From Ptychomitrium polyphyllum (taxonomy: Eukaryota): 64,000 bases of DNA. Within the stretch, counting starts at the first letter, position 1. The number at the start of each line of letters is the position of its first letter. The stretch spans positions 7,378,001 through 7,442,000 of the forward strand of contig OZ316776.1 in the NCBI GenBank assembly GCA_973851085.1, read 5' to 3'. Position numbers and translations under genes: made by a program. Below, one piece after another: positions 52,119-64,000 of the stretch. The notes below the pieces were generated by a model. That model was not told where the DNA came from, did no database searches, and saw only the letters and a program-made list of their open reading frames with translations.

Positions 52119-53785
52119 TTACACCTCGTCTTCATTTAGTAGCATGTTGGGAACACCTTTCGTAACTGGAAATCGTCGGTTTGTCTCTGGACATATCAGG
52201 GCGCCCTCCTCCAAATGGACCTGCCCGAATACACACAAGCATGTTCAATCCAACAGATACACAAGATATTTCAAATAGTCTCTCAGTATAAATCAGCATA
52301 CCGTAGTTTTGAATGACTGGCTACATCATTGCTGCAGACTGTTAGAAAGTTTGAAAACACAGTTAAACTAAATTGTAATCTAGAAAACAATATGCCAGAA
52401 AATGCAGCTTGTAAAAGTTAAGCATGAGCTATATCTCCCTGTAATGAGATTGCACTCTCAATTGTAATAATTTCCCGTGATCACCGCATATTAAACATCA
52501 ACAGTATCACAAAATTACCTCAAGCAACGCATGGTGAAACTTCTGGAGGAAGTCTTCATCTTCCAACAGAGCAAGTTCGACTTGCTCGGGGATATCATCC
52601 AGACCCAACTGCAACACCATGTCAGGGGTTAAAATCTCCGCAAGGACGAGAAAACCCATAAATTTAGAGCTATTACGCATACACAGCAAATGGGTTTTAA
52701 AACATGCAACAACTGAAATCTTGAATCTCTAAACAACTATCTGGAACGTCATATCTGCCTCCGAGAGTAATAAACCTCGAACAGCATTCTGCCTCATCCT
52801 CCTGAAACTGATGCCACTCCATGAATAAAAAAAACATTAAACTGTACCCTAAAACCCTAAACAGAAACAAAATGACTGCGACAAAACCCAAATGCAGGGG
52901 GGGAAGGAATCACATCAATTCACTCTCCTGCAATTTAACCCTTAGTTACAAAAACACGGCGTCCAAGAACATTCTCAGTTCCTAGCGCACCAACGATTTC
53001 AACAATTTCCAAGATCTTTCAACGTTCACCTGTATATGAACATAGATCTCACGATCTAAGTTGAAGATTAAAATTGTGCTTTAGTCCACAGATTCTCACT
53101 GAAAATTCAGAAAGAACCCACTCGTTCTCATGTAAGAACGAAGCTCAAAAGAAGAAAACGTGAACCACTTAGCCGTTCTGCATGACCCTACCAGCAAACC
53201 TTAAGTAACTACAAACAATCCACACTCTTAGGCATGCAAAACCTAAGCAAAGGAAGAAAGAAGAACTCTTATCCATTTCAAGAGGCCGGCATGAGTGAAG
53301 TGTCTGTTTGCCCACTTGTCCATTACCATTAGCAGGAAATAAACCAGAAATGCCAGAATACTCCCTCCCACCCACAGGAAGACAGACCAAATCCTAAGCA
53401 TACACTCCTATGACAAGATTGTGATAAAAGCAATGCATTCAGTGTGGACTGGGTGTGAGTGAAGAGCTTTTACGTTCATTACCTTGTACTTAAGTTCATA
53501 TGACATAAACCACAAACCAGTGCAGGACTACTACCTCCCAGAGGAAGGAAGACCAAACCCTAAGCATGCTGTAGTATGATAACGATGTGAGAAAAGCAAA
53601 ATGCATACACTGTGGGCCGCGTCGTGGAGCGCCTTCCAGTCGAGCTTGGAGTAGATGTGTCGCAAGAAATCCGAGTTCATCTCCGACTCCTTGATCTCCA
53701 GCTTGCTCACCTCGATTACCAGCGGAAACCCTTTAGTCACGCCCTTGATGTTGCACGCCAGCATGTTGTGCGTCAGGAGCCTCAT
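52119..53785 (-). CDS. TRM112: Multifunctional methyltransferase subunit TRM112, 3 exons
   Basis: Exons 53609-53785, 52519-52608 and 52119-52220 give [22 protein letters not shown]...LDWKAL... / ...[11 protein letters not shown] / [33 protein letters not shown]. Confidence 0.96.
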
Positions 53786-53882
53786 CTTGCTCCGACGAGA
53801 GTGCTCTCCAACGAACAATCACTGTAATTCTCACTGTGCCCCTGAAGTTACCGTGATCTCAAACTTCCTTGCGAAAGCTGAA

Positions 53883-53992
53883 GCTCAGTTCTGCACCAAA
53901 TCAGGAAACCCTAAAAATTGGGCTCAGCTCTGCAATGAATCTGCAAACCCTAAAAAATGGACTCAGTTCTGCAATGAGTTTGCAAGTCCTAA
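53883..53992 (+). repeat. About 39-bp tandem repeat (x3) with telo-box AAACCCTA motifs upstream of TRM112
   Basis: Units of the form gctcagttctgca..aatc.g.aaaccctaaaaa.tgg; two contain a perfect AAACCCTAA. Confidence 0.75.
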
Positions 53993-54050
53993 GCTCTCCG
54001 AGGTTACACCAGTTCGCTCTCTCAGGCTCCTCACTTTTACTTTCTCGGGA

Positions 54051-54393
54051 TGTCGCTTATCGTGCAGTGATACTTTTGCTGCGATCTGCGTCGCTACGCT
54101 ACGTTTCGCTCATACTGCCCCCTATGCTAATTGTTACCATATACTTCTGCGAGATGGATAATTTTACCGCCCACGTTCGTAAAAGTCCTCAGTGTGAACA
54201 GCTTTGATGTCATATTTGTTGGTAGGAACATTCGTTTTGCGTGCGAAGTTGTTGTCTTGAATGGGAAGTCAGTATGGATAGTTCTGTTAACTAAAAGTAG
54301 TGTTCAGTAAGGCGTGTCTGTTTTGCGTAGTATCGTTGAGATGCATACGCAACATCGTTTGCAGCATTGTATTTTGAAGCAAAACTCCATCAG
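54051..54393 (+). repeat. Direct repeat copy B (343 bp), upstream of TRM112
   Basis: Near-identical to 51258-51600. Confidence 0.95.
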
Positions 54394-57209
54394 AGGAAAA
54401 GGGGCCAAAATAAGTAAGTAAGGCAGCCGTCATAGCTTCTCTGGAATGGCAGTAGATTTTTGTCTTTAGAATGAAGTTTTAAGTAAAGTCTTAAGTGCAC
54501 TCCTAAATGAAGTTTCAATTGATATATGCGGACACACATAGACAAACATAGAGGTTGGAACTATACAATAAAAGCACAATAAAAGCAAGCAAAAGCATAG
54601 AAAGGTCAAGTTGGGCGCCATTCAAATAGATTGGGATGTTTGCCATGCTTCTAAATGGAAGTAAGGTCAATTAGCTAGGAATTTGAACAAGAACAAAAAG
54701 ATAAAAAACAAATAATAACACAATAAAACAATTTTATATCATGATAATAAGTATAAACAAAAATTTTACAAGAAATGATCTTATATCCACTACTACCTAC
54801 AAGGAAAAATGAAAATAAAATAAAATCCTTTTAAGTATTTAATAAACTACTTATGTAGAATAATACTAATGATATTCATATTTTTTGTGAGTTTGATAAT
54901 GTAGGTTCCTATAACACTTCCATTGTGTCATTGTAATACATCTATTAAGATTATATGCAATTTAAGAGATCTAAGTAATAAGCCTTTTTAAAAGCTCACT
55001 GATAGGTTTAACAAAAGATAACATTGAAATTTTACCAACTAGAAAACTAATGTAAGTTTTCCCAACTAGAAAACTAATATAAGTTTTACCTTCTCCTCCT
55101 TCATATTTTTACCTCCATATTTTTACCAAACCTACTGAACTGGTTGATAAGAATGCTAGTAGATTGCTTCAGGGCTAACACTGCTTTTCCAGTCCTTGAG
55201 ATAATGGTTCAGAAGGAATGATTGCCAGCTTATTCTGCACAGCTTGGTTTTCTGCTTGGCATGTCGGTACCGACATAGTGAAACAGTGCCATTTAGTAAC
55301 ATCCATGTTAGCAAATGTATTCGCAAAATCATTTTTTATCAGGGCGTTTGCAGATATGACAGGTATTATAGAATTGGCACATGAACTGTAAAACCATTCC
55401 CAAGTTCTGGTGCAGTAATGGAAAGGTTAAGGGAGTTTATGACTTGGTGAAGTTCACCATCGCAGTGGTCAAGATAGAGGCAACGAACTTGGTTCTGCTC
55501 GCGCAGTTGGATAGACTGGCGACAGCAGTATTGGATTTGAACGACCACGTAGAAAGAGAGGTTTCCTGAGAGACCACACACATGATTGAGTTACAATACC
55601 AAGAAGAAATGAAGATCAGCATTCGGGATACAAGGCATGCGAAACGGCGCTCCCAGGCTTAGCGAAAGCAATGTCATGGATCCTACCGTAGAGTTGACGC
55701 TGTAGCATCGTTGGCTTCAGAAATGAACAAAGCTTGCGGCGCCCGGTTGCTGCACAAGTTTCCAGCAGCTCCGCACGGAGTCACAGAAGAGGTAGCGGAC
55801 ACAGCGCTGCCCCTTGGACAAACGCGTTGTCGCCCCTTCACCACTCCAGAGGCTCCAAAACCGCCAGATTACAATTCTCTCCAAAAGTCCTAAACCAGAC
55901 TCCTGCCATCACCCAAAACCGTAAACACTTCGGCACTCCACAGCACTAGCTAAAAGGAACAATAAGGAAAACGTAGCAAACAAGTGCGATGACGCTAATC
56001 ACTACAATCACCGAGAACAACACAAACGCTGCCCAGGAAATAGAGAATGATGGACCCCCAGATGCTAGCCGAGAATTCTGAAACTGCGACAATAGCTGTG
56101 AACGATCCTTCCAGATTCACAGGATGTGGAAACCGTAATTTGATGCGATGTGATCACGGAAGGCTGCTCAGGGTTCTGGGCTTTGCTTGACCCGTTTCTG
56201 TTGATTGTCATCCTTTGAAGCTTCACCAATAGCTGTTGTTCGATGAACTTCTCGTCCATCGTATCGTGACAGAAGATGGAATAGTGCTTGAGAATCGATG
56301 AACAAGAAAGAAAAGATAGCGCATTGTGGATGAATGCAGCGTCACTAAGCATCAGTCCACTTCCGAGCTGATGGATGCGACGGGAAGAAAAGCAGATGGT
56401 GATCGATGAAGTTGAAGCTGACACCAAAGCGCGAGATCCGGGATGAAGGCGACCGAGCTGGAAAACAGATTTTGCATTGCTGACTTGCGCTTGTTCTCTA
56501 GCGCGCCGCTAAATTTTTCCGCGAAAACCTCGACAGAGGCGTCAGACGATGATCATGCGAAGCTGAGAATTCAATGCGGAAGTTACAGGACAGCCGACGG
56601 CTGAATCTATATTGCACGGGTGCCTTCATCTCCACCTCCTATCATTGCAAGCGCAACATTTTTTCGAAGATTCTCTGCACTGCCACTTCATACATATGAC
56701 CCATTGCCTTTACTATTGCGCTGCATTGCGGAAGGTGGAAGTGTGGTGGACGGCTTGATGGTGCGGGCTGCCGAATGACTTGGAGAATGAATGAGAGTGG
56801 TTTCTTAGTTGAGTAGAGAACTGGGGATCTCGAAGTGGGGTTTTCCATGTGCATTTTGGTTTTTGGTAGCAGCAACTGGCCTTTGCGATGTTGGGATCGA
56901 CAGGAGTTGTGCTCATCTGAGCGAGGGAGAATGGTCGTCTGTTGATCAATGCAAGTCAGCGTTACTGGATCTTTCTTTTGATAACTTTAGTATGAATTCA
57001 TCACGGAAATGGGGGTGCAGTCTTTTTTTTCCTGGGTGAGGGAGGGTTAGGGGTTTTGGCATGCTTACTGAGATTGGTTGTTCTTTCGCTTGCCAGGAGG
57101 AGAGTGTCACGATGGCTTTGGATTTGGTGCTTTCAATGAGATGAGCACATGACGAACAGGAAGGAACCAGAGGGAGCTTTGCATTCTGATAGTAAGCAAG
57201 GGGCACACA

Positions 57210-58276
57210 ATGCCGACTTTGCTGGGCTCGGGAGGATTGAGAGACTTAGATCTTGAATTTCAAGTCTTTCAAGTGCCATCAGGTAGCTGGCCCATTCAAG
57301 AATTTTGCAGCGACTATAGATGCCAATGGAGCTGGAAGAACTGATCTTGAGGATTTCGTCACTTTCGTCCTAGGAGTCCGCTCCTTCGAGCTGCGAGGTG
57401 CGCAGCAGAGGGACGATAGAGATCATCGGGACCAGAGAGGGACAATAGCCTTTGTGAAGCTTATTTTCAATACCGGAAGTGGAGAGGAGATAAAATTAGG
57501 GAGAGCCATCACTAGTAGCGGCACTAGCGAGTATCGGATCAGTAACATTCCTGTCACATGGGAAATCTACAACAACACCATGAAGGGCCTTGGCATTCTT
57601 GTAAAACTTCAACCTAAACCTTTCGGTCTCTCTTGCTTCTGTATCGTCTCTACAACATGTGCCTAAAATTGGTGGCTTTATGGTGGATTGTGTACAGGGA
57701 GTGATCGACTCTGATGCATATAAGCATAACTTGAATCCGGCTCCGGTTTCTGAGCCTATCTTATCTTCCCAGGAACTGAAGAAAATTCAGCTCGAGTTAG
57801 AGATTCTGAAGGTACTTGCAGAAGCGAAAGTGATCCCCGCTCGCGAGAAGAGGAAGATGTTCGCTGCAGAGCGGAAGCAGATGCGGGAAGAGAAAGAGGA
57901 GGCAGATGAGCGGATTCAATTTCGACAAGAGGTGGTAGGTTTTCTGCTCACTGTATTCAATTTGTGACGATTAATGATTCAAGTTCTATTCTGAATTACC
58001 TTCATTTTGGCATGGTGAGTAAAGAGCACTGGGCGTTCATGAAATGTGTGCATTCTTCCAGGACTTCAGAGCAGCAGAGGAGAGGTTGAAGATGAATTTT
58101 AAGGGCAAGATAGAGTCGTTATCTGCGGATATTGATAGAATGGCATCAGATTCTGAGGGACTTGATCAGTACGAGAGTTTACACGAGAAGCAGAGGAAGT
58201 CTACTGAAGAGCTTGAAGCGGTACGGAAAGTTGCAATTGAAGCTGCTGACAAGTGGAAGAGCTCTAAAGAGCTGAG
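57210..58276 (+). pseudogene. Degenerate SMC1 (cohesin)-derived exons, possibly recruited as 5' exons of the downstream gene
   Basis: NFKSFKCHQVAGPFKNFAATIDANGAGRTDLEDFVTFVLGVR...SEYRI...GLGILVK resembles the SMC1 N-terminal head with a decayed Walker A. Exons 57698-57934 and 58062-58276 resemble SMC1 coiled-coil segments. The ATG at 57210 is out of frame with the head-like ORF. Confidence 0.8.
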
Positions 58277-58440
58277 GTGAGAGTCTCTTCTATGTTGAAG
58301 TGGCTGCAGAAGATGTACATGAAATGGAATTTTTTTCTCAGCGATCTGATTGCTATAGCCATATTGTAGAAAGCCGTGATTGGAATAGTCATGATATTTT
58401 CTCTGTGTGCATTGATAGATCAAGTGATTTTGTCGTGCAG

Positions 58441-60535
58441 CTTTCGAAGTCTTGCATCTTCGTTGTCCGTGCTTGATGAGGGTGATACTCCAGCAGGTGC
58501 ATTGGATGTGACCAAAGCTACAGCTTACACTCATTCAAAATCACGGTTAAAGATCGAGGATATCTTAGGCAAGGAAAAATGGGTGGGCTTTCAGAGTGCC
58601 AAAGGAATGAATAACAGCAAGAGTAGTGAATTGAACAGAGATGGAGGAGCAGGAGTGACACTTGACGTTGAAACTAAGGAAAAGAAAAACAGGTCTTTAC
58701 ACAGAAACAAGTCTCTACATAGAGACAGTTCTTTACAAAGGAGTCGTTCTCAGACTCTCACAAGGTCACAAGCGTTGGAGGAGAGGAAGGTTATTTATGA
58801 AAGTCATAGACCTGCAGAGACATCTTCACAGCCAGATGCTATCAGTTCAGATGAATATATTTTGCAACGGCTTGAAGTCTTGGACGATCAAATGTACTGG
58901 TCCGACATCGATCCGGATAAAGACAGCCTTGAAAAAGCGGAAGAACTAGCTAACAAGTTGTTCAGAGATGCCATGGAAATGCACAGCAGGCTGTCAGCGG
59001 AGGCTGATGTGAATGCAGCTCTTGCCGTTTCTAGGTTTTGTTTGAAGGGCCAAAGTCCAATGGCAGAGATAAAAGAGACTTGTGGTATTATAATGTATGC
59101 TAACGGCCACAGTCGGAATAGTAGGTTGGGCGAGGACTCAATGTTTATCTCGTCGGCGGACAGTGAATCACGGCCCCTGTCTTTCTCGCAGACATCTGAA
59201 TGCAGTGACACTCCGGGAAGTAGTTTGGATCGAACAGAAAGGGCGCATCTTGACAGGATGGAAGCAATCCAAAGAGTAAGATCGACACATTTGAATGAAG
59301 ATATAGAGGAAAAGACCACCAATGGCGATGATGGTATGATGAAGACGTTTGTTGACGACTTCCTGGACACTGAGAAAGATAGCGTCTCTTTTAGCGTCAT
59401 GGAGAAGGAGATGATTGGTTTGAGAGGGAGCAATGTGAGGAAGCAGGTCAAGATCGATTCCTTACAAAAATGGAGGGCTTACTACAAGTCGGAGTTGGAG
59501 GTGAGGGTTCAAAAATTAGAGCAGATTGAGAAGAGACACGCGAAAGAGTTGAAGAAGAAGGACAAGGCTGTTCGGAAGATGGAACACGTTCATAGAAAAG
59601 AGATTGCAGACCGAGACTCCAAGTTTGAAGGGATGGAGGAGAATTTAAGAGAACAGATTAAGGAACTAAAACTCGTGATAGAGGAGCTTAGTGGGCAGCT
59701 GTATGACATGGAAGAGCATCTTGCAGAAAGAGGAATTCCGTACAAGCACTCTGTGAACGAAAACGCAGGACCCTCTTCCAAAACACTTCTGTCTGCTGTA
59801 ATTGGCGTGAAAGAAGCTGCACATACATTCTCGAGGACATTCATGTCATACCTAAAGCAGCACTTGACAAAAGCTCAGGATCTGGACGAGCAAATCTGCT
59901 TGGAGTCCGAGGTTATTGTGGCAAGGCCTTCGGAATACAAGTTCTTAGTCCAATCATTCATCTGCCGCAGGATGTTCTTAGACTTCGACAGTGAATGCTT
60001 CAACATCGAAAGCTGTATGACGGAGATCTTTGACATCGAGGAGCACTCGAAAGTTTGCTTTCAGGAATACATGACATACATGAATGTTGCAGAGACCGTT
60101 ACGTTGCTTGCAGATAACCGGTCACACAGTGCTTTCCTTCGTGAGTTTTGCTTCAAGAAGTTCTTGCACATTGTAAGTGAGTCGACGGAGGAAGCCTTTT
60201 TTGGAAACTTCAACCATAGCGATGATCTCTGTGCTGGCAGGCATCCATCGAGTAGGTTTTATGAGAGTTATTGCAAGCTAGCTGTGGCAGTGTGGCTGCT
60301 TCACACATTAGCCTTCTCGTTTCAACCACCAGCGAGAATGATCTCCGTACGCAAAGGCACCCAATTTAATCCTGCATATATGGAATCGGCTGTGCCTGGC
60401 ATATCTGACGGTGACCTTGGTAACTCTGATGGATCTGCGCTGCCGTTTGAAGCACTTGTAGGCGTCATGATCCATCCGGGCTTCCGAGTTGGCAGCAGCA
60501 TCATCCCTGCTCAAGTCTATCTGGTGACCACATAG
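58441..60535 (+). CDS. IRK-interacting protein/GIL1-like coiled-coil protein; large terminal exon whose first ~55 aa are SMC1-derived
   Basis: The C-terminal domain (FCFKKFLHIV...EEAFFGN...GRHPSSRFYESYCKLAVAVWLLHTLAFSFQP...FNPAYMES...VGVMIHPGFRVGSSIIPAQVYL) is typical of IRKI/GIL1 proteins and is preceded by a coiled coil. The acceptor gtgcag ends at 58440. Confidence 0.85.
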
Positions 60536-61607
60536 GATTGGTTTCCGAAATTTGGGCTTTACTATAAATTTGAACTTCGCATCAAATAGAGATTAGGTTT
60601 AGGGTATGTGATGACGGCAGGTTTGTCAAACAGTTCGAATGATTATAAGTTACCTACGTTTAAGGGTCTGTAAAACACTGCAAGTTTTGCAGGTGAGTAC
60701 CTTCCCGCTGCCTACAACCTACTATTTCTGCGTACAGGACAAGTAGCATGAAAATGGTTGGCCCTTTCCATTGAAGTTCTAACTCGTCTTGCATCTTCAC
60801 TGTTACCAGGTCTTTAAGTTCAAATGGAAAACGGTGGCATGATTGGCAGTATGTGTATCAACGTTCACGGTCTGCATCGTGACGAGCATTCAAAATCATT
60901 TCTTGAGAATCAGGAGTACTCAGAAACATGTGAATCTCGACAGGTATTTTGTCACACGCCTTACATGTTCGTCAATATTTCTGCACCTTGAGAGCTGCGC
61001 CTCTCCAGAGGAGTGCAAGATTCTTGGTTTGTTCATTGCATTTTCTTCAATGCATCATTACATTCTGTGGATCAAAGCATTCCAGACTCGGAAGAAGCCA
61101 CTGAGTCAAGGCTGAGTGGGGGAAAAGACCTCCACTCGAAAAAACATCATCACTTGGTGGCATACCTCTGTTCTGGATGCAGTCCGAGCAATAAATCAAT
61201 ATCTCCTGGTCCACCGCCAGGGTTGGAGATTCTTCCTGTTTCATCAAAACTCCTAACTACCAATGTCCGGTCTAAATAGAAGGCAGCCTTTTGTTCTTTG
61301 GGCATCCTTGTAATGGGCTTCACATCTCTACAAGGCACTGACCATAATCAGTATGAACTCTTATCTTGTGTATGGTTACTATGTAACACTAATGGTTACT
61401 TTTGAAAGTCTCACGTTGTACAAACCAGAGAGCGAAACTCTAATAACTGGTTATCCTGGTACTCAGAATTCTAGAGCATCAAAGTTCTGTAACACATAAG
61501 TTGGGTTGGTGACCGTGTACCATGATAGAAATGCTCGCAATGTTTCAAACTAACTCTACACACCATGCTTGAAAACAACTACCCAATTTGTTTTGCCAAC
61601 TCATCGC

Positions 61608-63489
61608 TTAGCAGAGGTCCTCACCGCCATCTGGATAGGAAAACGAAAAAGCACGTGTATCAGGAGTATCATTATTTATAGCCCCCCAAGGAGTGAACAG
61701 TGGTAATGTATGTGCTGATGCTAGCGTTGTTCCAACTCGAATACCACCACCACCTAAAGCTCCTCCAACTGCCGCTAACAATGGCGTTGTCTCAGTAACA
61801 ACAGGCTCGTCAACTTTTGATTGAGCATCTTTTTTGCAGACTGGACAAAAAGGTTTACTGGTTGTCAACCACTGATCTATACAGCCAAGATGAAACTCTG
61901 CAACATGGTAACATTTGTAAAAGTTAGAATCCTTATCACATGCTTACGAGGATGGTTCACTACTACCTCCAATGACAATCTCGTGCAGATTTCAAGGAAC
62001 AGCACAGCAAGGACAGCACAGAACTGAGGCTTTGACCTAGCAAGAGGTAGCTTACCATGTTGGCAAGGAAGCAACCTCAACATTTCCCCAGCAACATAAT
62101 CTTCTAAGCAGATAGCACATGTCTCCGATGTGCCCTTTCCATCTTCAATGCACTTGAACACAAGGCTTGGAAGTGTATTCACTTCTTTTACACTCATTCC
62201 AGCAGGGCCCTTTGGTAGGAACCGTGCGCTCAAATGCCGCAGCCTATGTTGTCGTACAAAGAAAAAAGTAGCCAAGACAGAAGATATAGCAAGGAGGGAG
62301 ATGAAAGATATTGCCACAACCGACCAGGCAGTGTTTTCGAACGCTGGCATTATGTAGAAGGTTGCGCCCATGTCACCAGTATACTTCAGCAGAAACTCGC
62401 CTGAAAACCTCGACACGAATACAGCATGCGTGTGGATGTTGAATGGATTTCCTGACACTGCAGTCATTGAAAAGACCACTCAGAACTCAAATCATTGTAG
62501 TACACTATTCTTTTCTAGACTTGAATACTCTTTACCTCCTGAAATCTCAGTTATCTTCATTGCTTTGCAAGATTTCCGTTGCCGTCTGGGACCTTCAAGA
62601 AACAAGCCATAAATTGTTCTGAAAATCAATAAGCTGACGAGATGGAAGACGGAAGTGAAAACTGACTTACTGGTAATTAACTTATGATTATCCTGATTAT
62701 CGTAGATGATAACTGCCTCAAATCCAGCTTCCTGAGCATTGCGCACCTTAAACTCAAAGTTGCAAATTCCACGTTCAACCAGAAGAAAAGCAGGCACTAA
62801 AATTTGTCCTGGGCCTGAGACGTTGACCAACGACGAACAAGCATCCAAAGGGTTGGATGCGTACAGCACTCCCACAATACCAGCAGCCGGAACACGTGGA
62901 GCTGCCAGTCTAACCACAACAGGTTAACAAAACTTTGTTCGTGGAATCAAAAGTCTGCACGGTAACAGACTATCATATACGTAAGATGGTATGACAGCAG
63001 AACTGATTCAATGTTCAGATGAAACATCAATTAGAATAACCTCAAGAAACAACAAAGCTACGAACTGTCTCTCTACAAAACCTGCACAAAAGATATGAAA
63101 AGACAGGTCCACACCACATATGCTTCCAAGAATTACAAGTAAAATGTTACTTCAAGTCTCAATATATATCGCACATTCTTCACTTCACAAACCTAAGAAA
63201 ATTCATGTGCTCGCCATTGGGGTACCAATGTAATAGATGATTCATTACATTATACTTAATGTGCTCATGTATACTCATAATGAGAGGGACTGAAACACAT
63301 ACCAAAACTGGCCTCCGTGTCCGGGAAGGACCAGGATTCGTTCGTTCCGCTCAGTAGAATCACGGCCGAGTTGACCCTCCCCAACAAGAGAGTGAGGAGA
63401 ACGAGGCACAGGCCAGCTAACGAAATCATAACCTCTCTATGACTCAAAATCCTGCTTGCCAATCCTGTTTCCATAAGAAGGGCCGGCAT
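61608..63489 (-). CDS. RMR: RMR-type PA-TM-RING-H2 protein (receptor homology region, transmembrane, RING), 4 exons
   Basis: Exons 63303-63489, 62671-62901, 62056-62457 and 61608-61897. They encode a signal/TM segment, a PA domain (NPLDAC...ERGICNFEFKVRNAQEAGFEAVIIYD), a TM (AISFISLLAISSVLATFFFV) and a RING-H2 (CAICLEDY...LPCQHEFHLGCIDQWL...CPVCK). Confidence 0.93.
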
Positions 63490-64000
63490 TTTGTCTCAAC
63501 TTTCTCTTTTACTTGAGTGAAATAATCAACGTCTCACGCCTGCAGAAAACCAGACCCTGGAATCTTTACTGCCGAATACCATCACTCCCACCGCACCCGC
63601 AAACATCCATACAAACCATCATGTACTCTCATATTAGCTGCCTCATATGCCGGTATGCAGTAACCGCAGTCTCCGAGGAGCTGCAACAAGAGATTCCAGA
63701 CCAGAACGGTGTTAGCAACACAGATCACAAACACCCCCAACTCAATTCTTTTCCCACTCTTGTGATGCATCTCATACAAAGTCAAAAAAACCCTGGATCA
63801 TTCAAGACAACAATCAAACGACCGCAGTTGCTGACAGAAATCCACGGCCAAGCAAATCTAACCTCCACCTCAACCAGAAGAAAAACCGCAAAACTCACTA
63901 CTAACGAACACATGACTCAACCACGAGAGAAACTTGCCAAACATTTCGGAACGCGAAACAAGACGCGTAAAAAACATCACAGCAGCATACAACCAGCCTG

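Noticed and set aside
55330..56950. Several 60-120 aa ORFs with coding-like composition
   Set aside because: No family recognised and no coherent splice model.

Overview
Eukaryotic, intron-rich land-plant DNA. A bryophyte such as the moss Physcomitrium is my inference from gene content and the chromovirus LTR element; the sequence does not prove it. All family assignments are by motif recognition from memory, with no database search. In order, the window holds: (1) a UPF0183/PHAF1-like gene (-); (2) a small 3-exon secreted-peptide gene with a PSY-type DY motif (-), not recovered as a gene by the ORF track; (3) a nest of Ty3/Gypsy LTR retroelements at about 11.7-19.7 kb; (4) a 9-exon gene fusing RING-HC and IBR-like zinc fingers to a BIRC6-type ubiquitin-conjugating domain (+); (5) a fold-back repeat; (6) a divergent SIP aquaporin (+); (7) AP-2 alpha-adaptin (-); (8) an intronless LysM receptor kinase whose kinase looks like the L-type lectin RLK class (-), plus an internally deleted tandem copy; (9) TRM112 (-) between near-identical direct repeats; (10) degenerate SMC1 exons spliced in frame into an IRKI/GIL1-like ORF (+); (11) an RMR-type PA-TM-RING gene (-). 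The strongest novelty candidates are the three domain-shuffled genes (RING-IBR-UBC, LysM-LecRK kinase, SMC1-IRKI) and the PSY-like peptide ending in Cys-Cys.
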